Shown: positions 47,275 through 58,178 of the stretch, piece by piece | Layout: each line of letters begins with the position of its first letter | Numbering within the stretch: position 1 is the stretch's first letter | Assembly (NCBI RefSeq): GCF_041146345.1 | Contig: NW_027191409.1 | Span: 310,001-374,000, forward strand | Length of the DNA: 64,000 bases | Direction: 5' to 3' | Source: Neodothiora populina | Lineage: Eukaryota | Notes under the pieces: model-generated | What the model was told of the DNA's origin: nothing | Database searches by the model: none | What the model saw: the letters and a program-made list of their open reading frames with translations, nothing else | Translations under genes and position numbers: made by a program

Positions 47275-48874
47275 ATGGATGACGATTTTTCAGAACGGAC
47301 TCGGTCATTTCTGTCGTGGTTTCAGAGCCGTCGATCCAATATCAGTCCTAAAATCCAACTTGCCGACCTTCGATATCGCAACTCTGGCCGTGGCGTCGGC
47401 AAGTCTTCTCTCCTATCCTCGCACGCAATATCTATACCTTACTTTCCACAAGGCGCATCGAGTCGTCGACACAATATATCGTCAAGCTAATATATTCGCA
47501 ATCACAGTTGCAACCCAAGACATTGCCCAGGATGAGCAACTCTTTTCCATCAGCCGTTCAGACATTCTCAGTGTGGAGAACTCACGGTTTGCTCATACTG
47601 AGGTCGGAAAATCAATCCTTGCCGACCTGGACGATCAGTGGACTCCGCTCATCCTCGTCATGATCTTTGAATTCCTCAGCGGGGATGATTCACAGTGGAA
47701 GCCATACTTTGACATCCTCCCCACCCACTTCAACTCCCTTATGTTCTGGTCGGATGATGAACTCGGCCAACTACAAGCCAGCGCCGTTCGACAAAAAATT
47801 GGTCGGGAGGAAGCAAATGAAATGTTTTCCGAAAAAATCATCCCTTTGGTGCGCAGAAATACTCTTGCCCTTTTCCTTGACGCCTCATCGATAAGCGATG
47901 CCGACCTCCTTTATCTCGCACACCGCATGGGCTCGACCATCATGTCCTATGCCTTCGACCTCGAGAAGGATCCATCGCAGCAAGAGGTTGACGAAGATGG
48001 CTATGCATCCGATGAGGAAGAGGCTTTTTTGCCAAAAGGCATGATCCCCTTGGCCGACATGCTGAATGCCGACGCCGGCAAGAACAACGCCCGTCTGTTC
48101 TACGAGAAGTCCGTCGTCACAATGAGAGCCTTGAAGCCCATTGCTGCCGGTGAAGAAATCTTCAACGACTATGGTCCTCTTCCACGAGCTGACCTTCTTC
48201 GTCGTTACGGCTACATCACTCAGGGTCATGCCATCTACGATGTCGTCGAGATCCCTCGGCAGCTTGTGATCGACGTCTTTCGTGCACTGGCGCCTGATCA
48301 TCCGCCTCAGACCTCACAAGAGGCGCTGGTGACTCTACACTGTCCAAAGTCTGAAATGACCGACGCTTCGCTGGAACGAAAAGTACGTCCTCGCTTCTTT
48401 GATATCATCATCCGAAACGGTTGCTAACATTAGTTCACACAGTTCGAGTATCTCGACGAATATGAAGCTCTCGATGATGGCTATGATCTCTCGCGCAGCC
48501 CTGATGAAGGACTCATCCCTGCCATGCTTCTCAGCCTTATATGGACTCTGGACCTCTCCGCTGCGGACTTTGACTCCAAGAAAGACTCCAAGCCTCGCCA
48601 GGCCTCTCTCGATCCCAAGAAAAAAGACTCCATGCGCTTCTTCGCCGTCTTATGTCACATAGTTGAGGCCCGCCTGAATCAGTACACCACGACGCTGGCA
48701 GACGATGAACAGCTTGCCCTGGTTGTCGAGCAGACAGCGCTAAATGACATTTCGGAGTACCGAAAGGCCATGGCGCTGCACGTCCGCATTGGAGAAAAGC
48801 AGATTCTTCACAGTGCTCTGCTGCAGCTAACCAATGCCCGCGATGAAGCCATCCGGAAACACGGACGGGACTGA
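47275..48874 (+). CDS. RKM4: SET-domain lysine methyltransferase (Rkm4/SETD6 family)
   Basis: ADLRYRNSGRGV|VATQDI via GC-AG intron 47399-47507; HRMGSTIMSYAFD; MIPLADMLNADA; GEEIFNDYG; LLRRYGY. Second intron 48383-48442. Confidence 0.88.
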
Positions 48875-49057
48875 GCGACCGAGTCACCATATCACCTCAA
48901 CGACAAGAAAAGATTACGTCGAAACATTCTCGAATTCGACCTTGCTATACTACATAGTCTACAATATCATGCCAAAAGTGTGGTATCTCAACAGTTAGGG
49001 GAGGGTTTAGGGAAATGAACATCCTCGTCACGCATCATGATGCCGCTTTTTCTGCGG

Positions 49058-50882
49058 TCATTGTGGCCTGCTGGCAGAATGCCCTGCAGTGCCCTGTCCG
49101 TTCGCCATGGCAACATCACCGCCGCTGGAGACTGCCCTTCGAGATTGCTCGGCGGCCGGATCCATCTTCGGTCTCGTCGCGAGCAGCGTCGCACGATAGC
49201 TCAGCCCATGCGTGTCGTGGCAGTCGAATTCTGACACGACCACATCGCTGTCACTTTCATCGTCCGAGTCACATATAACACCTTTCTCCAGCACGAATGG
49301 TCTCGACCTTCGCTTTTCAACGAACAATCTGCCGTTTCTGCCATATCTTCGGCGAAACGATGGTCGCTCATGCTCGTATTTATCAGGAGGTGGTGATGCG
49401 AAGCGGAACATGCTTCTAGCTGCCACTTCTTCTTGAAGGCCACCATTACTAACAGGTGTAGGGAGATCGGCGTCGGCATCTTTCATCTCGACATCCTTTA
49501 GGTGATCACCCGGAGACTCCGAGTGCAGTGATGCGGGCGGCGTCGGTAATTGGACTTCTTCCAATTTCGGCAGGAAGCCACCCATTGATGCTGTCTCCGG
49601 TGGCGGTGTGATGGGGTTCCAAGTGATATCGACCCAGTCGTTGTTCCACTTGCGATGCTGCTGGATCTTGTCTTCGACGAACCGGCGAGCCGCAGCCGCT
49701 GTCTCCTCTTGCAGGTCTGACAACTGGACAAGATCGTTCTCGGGCGCCCGGCCTTCCGACCGCGTCGTGTTGATGCGTAGCGTCGTCGGCCGTGGTGCAC
49801 CCTCCGCCCGCGCCTTTGGCTTGGGCGCGGGACGTTGGTTGACAAGTAAGTTCTCGTCGTCTCCCTTCTCGCCTGTGATCCCCTGTTGTATCTTGACGCG
49901 TTTGAGCTCGCTTCTTTGCTCAAACACCTTGCGCTCGGTTTCGATGTGCTCTTTCTTCAGTCGTTCTCTCTGGTTTACTGCCATCACAAGTTGCCTTGCC
50001 TCTTCCAGCTCTCGTCGCAGCTTCTTCAGCTTCTCTGCTACCTGCGCATCTCTACCTCGAGTTTTGCGCGCTTGTCTCACTTCACGACGTCGGAAACAGA
50101 CGTAGGCATCAGCATCGTCGGTTTCTTGACCCGTCTCAAACTTGAGCGGCGCTAGTAACGACCTGTTGCCTTTCTGAGCCTTTCTGGTCTGCCAATGGCT
50201 ATACACATCCTTTGCCCATGTACGTCCATCCGCCGAGATCTCATCATCGTAGACTTCTTCGAATTGCTCGAACTCTGGTGGGGGTGGGTGGTCTATCGCG
50301 GCCTGTGGTTGCAATTCTGTCGTCTTATGCTCAAAGAAGGTAATCACTTCTTCGAGGATATCCTCGGTCAACTTGGCATCATCGGCTTTCTTGCCTTGAT
50401 TGATATTGAGAAGAAAGACATCGTCTTCTTCATCCACACAATACTCGGGACCAATGCAGTCTTCGACTGTTGAGCTAAATCGAATGTAGGTCTGTGGCGA
50501 AGAGAACGACTTCGGATACAACTGATCATAAGGGATGGTACTGGTACTCGGCTTGGCCTCTGGCGTGGGAATGAAAACCTGAGCGACTTTCCCGCCAGTA
50601 GCTGCAGCAGCCGAAGCCGAAATGACAGCCTGTAAATGGTGTTCCTATAGACAAATTTGTGTAAGTAAGGTGTGGTGATATTGATTTGGTGTCTGTGTCA
50701 CGTGAAGCAAGGAAACTTACAATCTCTTCTGCTTTCTCAACACCAGTCTCGACTTGCGGGATGTGGCGTTGAGGATCATCATCGATGGCAAAGGTCTCTA
50801 TCTCATGTTCGCGAACGATCTGAAGAGGATGCTTTGTCGAAAGCTTCCTCTGTCTGAACCGCGCTCCCACACGGGACGACAT
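49058..50882 (-). CDS. EPL1: Enhancer of polycomb-like protein (NuA4 subunit)
   Basis: FRQRKLS...ETGVEKAEEI|EHHLQ across intron 50720-50645; YIRFSSTVEDC; DAYVCFRRREVRQARKTR. Confidence 0.93.
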
Positions 50883-51756
50883 ATGGATGACCTCGCCTGG
50901 CGATGATGAGTTATGCGACGGCCTTCATGCGACGGTCGCATGTATCCTAAGTCCTTATGCACTTGCACGGCGTTTATGCAGCTGCTTTGGGATAATGGGA
51001 AAATTCTGCAAAGCCGAAGAAATGCCGCCCGGTCGCAGAGCTGGCCACTTCGAACGCAGACTTACAGGTCGCGAGAACTAGCGCCAAGACTGGGAAATAA
51101 TGCCCGGCGATGCCTGCAATGTCAAAAACAGGCTATGTATTGATGGAAACCGATGATTCAGTCGATTTTTTGATGGCGTGTGGTGTGCTGTAGGCAAGCT
51201 CGTCGATTATTGTCGCGTCGTGTTGTCGGTGTCGGGCTGGACGGGGGAAAGCGGGCGTACGAGTTGTGAGCGATTTTGGGCTGTGCTGTGGGGGGAGGAA
51301 TGGGAAAGGGGGATCAGTCACAAAAAAAACAGCCCTTTTTTCCAAGCGTTTCCAGCAACTCCTCAGCTTTCCCTTCCCGCGATCGCATGTTATGACGCGA
51401 TAAGAGAAAGGGTAGAAAGGACACATTGCACGTTTTTCATTTCAGTTCGTCTCGACAATTACATTGTTGCATCTCCTTCGTGTATGCTATATGTTTCCTG
51501 ATCGTGTTTAATCATGTTTCCCTTCGAGCCTCATATCGTCTCTATTATTGTGCAAATGGCGCGGTCGCGGTCACTTCACCACAAGTTACCTACGTCAACG
51601 CCAAGCGCACTAGTCCGCAAATGGCAAGAGCGATAAGCGAACCTCTCCGGTCTAAACATGGCATACAGTAAGCCTCCAATCAACGCCTAAGAGCTGTCGC
51701 TGTTCCCATACCTATGCAGTGTATATGTAAACAAAACAGTAGTCAAGACCTAGACC

Positions 51757-52978
51757 ATGTCAACCTCACCTCTTGAAGACTGCATAAGTCTCAGAACTGA
51801 GGAGAAGACGACGACAACAAGTGACAACGATAAGCGACTGCTCGTGTGGTTCATAACTGGCAATCCAGGTCTGATAGAGTACTATCGGACATTCCTGACT
51901 CTGGTCTTCGACTCGCTGCGTTCGACATATAGCGATCACAGCATCCACGTAACAGGCATCAGTCTCGCGGGCTTCGAGACGACATCTACCAGTAGTGCAA
52001 GCGGCCCACGGAACCTGGAGGACCAGATCAATTACATCGATGTCAAGCTCGCAGAGGCTGTCCCGGCCACCATCGCGAAGGGAAAGGGACAGGACAGCGA
52101 AGGCAGCGGTGCAACTCGGGTGATTCTCATAGGACACTCCGTGGGCGCGTATATCCTGCTTGAGGCCCTGCGTCGACAAAAGACCCGTTGCGCGGCAGGC
52201 TACGGTCATGGTAGCCGTGTCAAGTACATCGGTGGCATCTGTCTGTTTCCTACGATCACGCACATTGCGAAAAGCAGTAGTGGACGAAAGTTTAGTGTTT
52301 GTACAATCAATATGGCTGTTCTGTTTAGGAAAAGCGATCAGCTGATGTAAGTTTTTGTGTTTCTATTCTAGTTGCTGTCGGCGCTTGTCCCATTATTCCC
52401 TCTTGTTGTCGGTCTTCTTTCCAATCTCATCTTTTCTTGGTTGCCTTCAATTGCATTACACAAATTGGTGGCCTTTGTGACTGGTATGACGCGTGAAGCG
52501 GCTGTGGTTACTACTTCCTTTCTGCAGAGCCGGAATGGAGTACGACAGTCTCTAGCGCTTGCAGAGGATGAGATGCGCACTATTACGGCAGACAGATGGG
52601 ACGATGAACTATGGTCAGTTGTTCCTGCTACCGTTGGAGACACCGGTCATGATAGACCGCAAGACAACGTCTCGAAGCTGTTCTTTCTGTTTGGCAGGAA
52701 CGATCATTGGGTCGCCGATGAGACGAGGGACGAAATCATCGCTGCCAGAGGGGCGGCCATGGCTGTGTCGTCGCAAGGTGCGACAGACAATAAAGACCAT
52801 CGGCCGTTGATGGAAATCGACGACTCAGGCATACCGCATGGCTTTTGCATTAGTGAGTCAATCCTTCCGGCTCCGCGGAGTATTGGAATCTGACGCTGAC
52901 TTCTATGCAGAACACAATGAGCCTGTTGCGCAGAAAGTGTTGGGATACATTAATCATACGATAGCGGAGTACTGGTAG
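51757..52978 (+). CDS. Lipid-droplet-associated serine hydrolase (LDAH/YPR147C-like)
   Basis: FITGNPGLIEYY; GHSVG nucleophile motif; LFPTI; DHWV; PHGFC. Introns 52297-52371 and 52853-52910. Confidence 0.85.
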
Positions 52979-54935
52979 ACGGTGATAACACCTTCTCAGC
53001 CGCGACAGTGAGGTAAGGTAGCGCGACTAGCAGTATCAAGTATCATATTAGATATCGCCTTACCCTGGAGCGTTGACGGACCTGACTGCATTTACCCTTG
53101 AGACATACAGTAAAAGCAGTATAGATCCAGTACATCCCGGGTGTGCGCTGCTACTACTTCCGTCAAAGCTACTGCAGAGACGTTGGGACGCAGCTCTCTC
53201 TGCTGATAGAAACTCTAACATGTGCCTTGCGGCCGAGTCTCCACCATCAGGCTTCATTAGTATATAGCATGTTCGAGTTTAGTGCCACTCGTGTATCAAG
53301 CAGAGACACCGTTCCGTTATACCTGCTCTGAAGCCAAGAGCTAAGCACTTGAAGTACTGTCATGTATCACTTCGCGCGGGGTTATACCGTCGATGAAGTG
53401 AACCTTAAGTAGGGTAAGGTATAGCCGGTGGTCAAAAGAGAGCGAGCACAGTAATAGTCACACTATAGACTACTATAGACTTCTCAAAGAGCACAGCGAG
53501 CATTTCCGCGTCAACGGATGGAAGGCGTGCGTTGCCTCGCATGCGATTTATATACAACGAATTTCCATCCATATGTATTGGAAAATGTGCCACGCCGATC
53601 GTCACCCACGTTCGGCGCAGTGTGCGTGCGCAATAATCACGGTAAATGGAAAATGGAGCCACATTTTCTTGCGGACGCAAGTGGTTTTCTTTTCCCGACA
53701 CGCCATGCATGTACCACTCGTGACATGCCACGCAAGCCCAAGAGTCTTGTCGTGCGAATCTGGCAGGCGGGGCCATGGGCTAAGAAGGTAATCTTCCTCA
53801 CATTTCTTGGGTGAAGACTACGAAAAGAAGTGAATGCGCGGCCGGCCGTTCGTGGTGGTCCGAACCATGGCACGCCTCAACTGCGAGTCGGACGATAACA
53901 AGAGATGAAACCGCTCGGGAACGGGTCCGCTATAACGAGAACCTTGGTCTTGGTACCGCATTCCATTGATGATGATAGACAAGGACATATCGATCGTTGA
54001 TTTTAGATAGTGTACCATGGACGCGCGCTGGCATGGATAGGAGGGGGGAACAGAATGGGTCACAAACTTGGAAAAGGATGGCTCGGTTGGGTAGAGCCTT
54101 GTCTCGAGCATGGACCAATCTGGCGTTCGTCTAACGCCCTTCCGGTCGATCTAGTTCCATGTCTGGAGTGGTGTCTTCTATGGTCGGTCACCAAAGTGGG
54201 CATGCTGCTGCGCTCTTACAGAAATCACTCATCCCAGCAGACAATGGGCGTGGCTCAAAGTCGTCGAATCCCGAGTCTGTCGCATAAGCGGGGATGGCAG
54301 ATGCAGTGGTAAGTCGTGCCAAATGCGTTGGCTATATTCGCGAGTAGCAAGATGTGGTGCGACTGTGATATTACGTACCACCTCGTAACTCCCGCAGCTC
54401 ATGATCCTGGTTTCATCCATATCGCGACTCGATATTGCATGATTTCAGAGAAGGCAGATCAGAGATCGAAGCACTGATTGAGTACGAGCGAATCGCCCAT
54501 CAACGCACGGCAGAACAGAGCAACTGCAATCCACGTGGTGACCTGTGCAGGGCCTCCCGCGGAACGATCACCAACTACATATCATAAGTCTTGAATTTAG
54601 TGCCGGGATTGACAGAGGAGAAGCTTTTGGCCAACGCGTATTTGACAGCCTTTGGTTCCGCCTTACCACGACCATTCATTCGAGGGCGTGCTTTTCTGAA
54701 GGAATGACGCGGATGACCGCATATACCTATTCGATACCCGTACACTGGTAGGTATCTGGTGGAGCATCAGTGTCGAGTCGTAGCAGAGCCTTGAGAGGGG
54801 AATTTCATTTTCACATGCTGTCAATGCTTCAGTTATAACACCAGAGAGTGCCCAAGTTTGGCTCTCGTAGCAGCTTCTGCGTACCGCTGCTGCCTCGCGT
54901 TGTAGAGAGGATTGGATCCCATTGCGTCTATTTCA

Positions 54936-56873
54936 ATGGCGTTCTCAAAGGTCCTCTCGCAATTCAAGGTACGAAGGTACTCTAAGAGCCTCCGCGAGAC
55001 GGATGCAATTCGACTACAGCAAGACTCCGAAAGGGACAGGGCCGAGACAGAAGTCGCAAACCATGTTGCGAACAATATGACGAAGCAGCTGGTGCATTGG
55101 GAGGCCCTGTACGGAGACCAGTCACGTCCTGCATCCACATCACCTACCGATTCCGTCGCTACTGACACGAGGTTCCGAATACCAGCTGGCAAGGGCGGCA
55201 ATGTCACGAGGGTCAACGTCGCTCCTCCAGTCCTGAGCCCTACCAGACTACCGCCCCTCGCGGAAGAGGACGAGGATGTACTGACTAAAAGATGCTCTAC
55301 TATCATCGTCAAGGAGGTACATAGCGAGGACAACCCAGATATCCCTGTTTCAAGTTTCGCCACCTGCCAGTCCAAGGATGTCAGTGCCGAGCACTCCTAC
55401 AACGACGACAACAATGTGTCAGACAAGCGCCAGGTGTCCTTAAATGACGACGCCGGCTCGAATTACGATTGTGCATGTTCAGAAGATGTGAGCGACGTTG
55501 CTACTCCACATTCCTCTCACAAGGCGTATCCCGACTTTACACCAGTCTTCCTTGAGGATGAACATGACGAGTATGCCTATTCGACGACGCCGGCGATGGA
55601 TGAGCTAGCCGATCCGACTCGAGCCGCTATGCTGAGGGAGGCTGTGTCACCATTCGCAAGCCGTGTGGACCTTTTGGATAGCACAGCAGAGGATAAGGTG
55701 AAGCCTGCACCTGACTTATCCAACGATTCCAGGACATCCCACGACGGAGGTCTCGTCAACCCTCAAACGTTTACATCCGCCGAGGAAGTCGAGGAGCGGC
55801 TGAAGCTGACCACAGAAAATCTTCAACCTGACGATGAGGTTGAATACAAGGTCGAGGAAAGGAGGGTATCCCGCACACACGCCGCGTATCGTACGAACGA
55901 ATGGACGAAACGACTCGAGGGCGCAGAGGACCCAGGCACCGACGAAGTCATCAATCGACCCGAATCACCTGGTGTCCATGTACAGACGATACTACCCGAC
56001 CTGATGGTTACAGAGCATCAAGATGCCGCGCGAGACAGGGGCTCAAAGACTGTTTCTTTCTCTGAATGTGGTGGAAGTCACGTCGCATCATCCTCGAGTG
56101 GCTCTGTCAAAGACCTGTCCTTGGGCAAAGTACCCACACGACAGCCGACTATCCGTAGAGCATCGACGTACACTGCAAGAGAGTCTTCAGGAAGACCAGC
56201 CACACAGCAAAAACGAGCCTCATCGCTGCCTATGCTGGACACAACACTAATGGGTCAACGGCATGCGATGCTGACGAATCGGCACCAGTACCCTGCTTCG
56301 GACATGCGGTCCTCTGACAGTATGATGTACAATTCCAGACCATCGTCCGCAAGCACGCAGAGCCACAGGCCAGCATGTTCACTTCACAGCGTGACTGTCA
56401 CAGAAGTTGATCCAGACGAGATGACACTGAGTCAACGAAGGGCAATCTTACGGAAGCGCAACGCAACAGCGAGTCAGCTGTCCCCCATATCTCCAACTGA
56501 GGTAGCGGCAAGAAAAGCAGCCTACAAAGCCGCGAGCATGGACACCGGGACTCGTCTAAAGACGCGCGATCCCGCTCACGCCGCAGAACAGACAGCACGA
56601 CAAAGCCGCTTGCTGCAAGACTGGCGGTACAGTCTAGCCACTGCACCAGAGACGACGGGAACCGCCAAACAGGAATCGACAGACGACATCCGACGGCGAG
56701 CCATGTTACAGCAGAAACAGGACGAGGTGATCCGCCAGCGCGAGCACGAAATCCGCAGGATGACCGAGCAGGCAGTCCGAGACGAGATCATGAGATGCAG
56801 ACCGCTGGAGATCGAGGAGCTGCACCGTAAGCGGATGCGAAGCATGCAGAGGATCGCGTCCAAGCACGCGTGA
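54936..56873 (+). CDS. Hypothetical, largely disordered protein, possibly N-terminally truncated
   Basis: About 645-aa open frame from the first ATG at 54936. Motif-like blocks WEALYGD, YRTNEWTKRLE, MTLSQRR and C-terminal ELHRKRMRSMQ. Confidence 0.7.
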   Translation: MAFSKVLSQFKVRRYSKSLRETDAIRLQQDSERDRAETEVANHVANNMTKQLVHWEALYGDQSRPASTSPTDSVATDTRFRIPAGKGGNVTRVNVAPPVLSPTRLPPLAEEDEDVLTKRCSTIIVKEVHSEDNPDIPVSSFATCQSKDVSAEHSYNDDNNVSDKRQVSLNDDAGSNYDCACSEDVSDVATPHSSHKAYPDFTPVFLEDEHDEYAYSTTPAMDELADPTRAAMLREAVSPFASRVDLLDSTAEDKVKPAPDLSNDSRTSHDGGLVNPQTFTSAEEVEERLKLTTENLQPDDEVEYKVEERRVSRTHAAYRTNEWTKRLEGAEDPGTDEVINRPESPGVHVQTILPDLMVTEHQDAARDRGSKTVSFSECGGSHVASSSSGSVKDLSLGKVPTRQPTIRRASTYTARESSGRPATQQKRASSLPMLDTTLMGQRHAMLTNRHQYPASDMRSSDSMMYNSRPSSASTQSHRPACSLHSVTVTEVDPDEMTLSQRRAILRKRNATASQLSPISPTEVAARKAAYKAASMDTGTRLKTRDPAHAAEQTARQSRLLQDWRYSLATAPETTGTAKQESTDDIRRRAMLQQKQDEVIRQREHEIRRMTEQAVRDEIMRCRPLEIEELHRKRMRSMQRIASKHA

Positions 56874-57624
56874 GCCGAGGGCGCAGGCCGCAACAATGGG
56901 AGAGGTTTTTCTTTTGTTTTCGCATTAGAAGATATGGCGTTTGAGGGGGGAGGCATAGACGGTCAATACTGGCAAGAAAGGGGCCCTTGTATCTAATCCA
57001 ACTACATACGGTGGAGTCCTGCGCGGACGGCGCCACTGCGTGGAGCTTCTGTCTATTCTCTTTTGTACCTACGTAATGTAATCCATATACCAATTTCGAG
57101 TACACTCTCATAACTTCACGTCTTCTACGAGTAGTATATGTCCATGGAAGTGCATGAAGGAGGAATGGTCAGAGCAAAGCACAGCCAGGAGAACAGGAAG
57201 GGAAAAAGCCTGGAGTCTGAAGTCAAGACATCAATGTCCATGTGAATAAAAGAAAAAGAACAACAAAGAGAAAAATGCGACGATCTAGAGTATACATGAA
57301 GGACACTTTCCGGCCGAAGGTGTGAAACAGAGATGCCCAAATAAAAAGAAAATGTCCCATTCCTTCTATTGAAAGAGATGAACGAAAGTATAAGCACCTG
57401 CAATAAGCGAAGAATGGCGAAAGCGATCCAACGTAATACTCCCCTCCTCCCTCGTTTTCTACAGTATAATTTCAAAATAGCGAGTTGCTTACTCATCAAC
57501 CATCCCACCACCATCTCAAACGCAACAACAACAGCACCAACAACAAAAAATCCTGAAACCGGTCCACTAGTTTCAGTCCCTCTCTCTGCCCCTTGCTGCT
57601 CTAGCAAAGACCAGAGGATCAAGA

Positions 57625-57764
57625 GGTTGTGTGGTGTAATGGCAGCACGTAACGTTGTGGATTCCCATCTTCTCGTTTCAATTCTCTGTGATTATGCAGA
57701 TGTGAAATGGTGGATTTGATCAGACGACTCCGTTACAATCCCGGTTCGATTCCGGGCACAGCCA
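57625..57764 (+). tRNA. tRNA-His(GTG) with 69-nt intron
   Basis: GGTTGTGTGGTGTAATGGCAGCACGTAACGTTGTGG-[57661-57729]-CCGTTACAATCCCGGTTCGATTCCGGGCACAGCCA. Stems: acceptor GGTTGTG/CACAGCC, D GTGT/GCAC, anticodon TAACG/CGTTA, T CCCGG/CCGGG. Confidence 0.9.
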
Positions 57765-58178
57765 GGATTCATTAGGCGGTGCTTGTTTGTTGGGATAGAG
57801 TTGACGTGCGGCGGTGGCTCTCTTTTTGTGGGATTTAATTCTCTGTTTCTCTTTTTGGTTTGGAGGGGTTGGGTCGGGCGCTTGCTGTGGTTTGAGGAGG
57901 AGGGTTGGTGTTCTTCTGTGGCTTTGTGCATCAGGGAGAGAGAAGAGGACGATGGTGCTTGTATGGTGAATCTCGGTTTTTGTCTTTTATACCTTGGAAA
58001 GATTGAGTGGGACTTTCTATATGTCTGTTTATACTGACTGCTATTTGAGGAAGTGGGAAGGAAGAAGAAAAGCTACTAGGTATGACTTGATCGCAGCATG
58101 GGAAATTTCGACTCTGAAAACAGATGACAGGGCGGGTTCGAAAAGTGCAGGAGGCAGATTTTTGTCAGGAAGAAAAAA

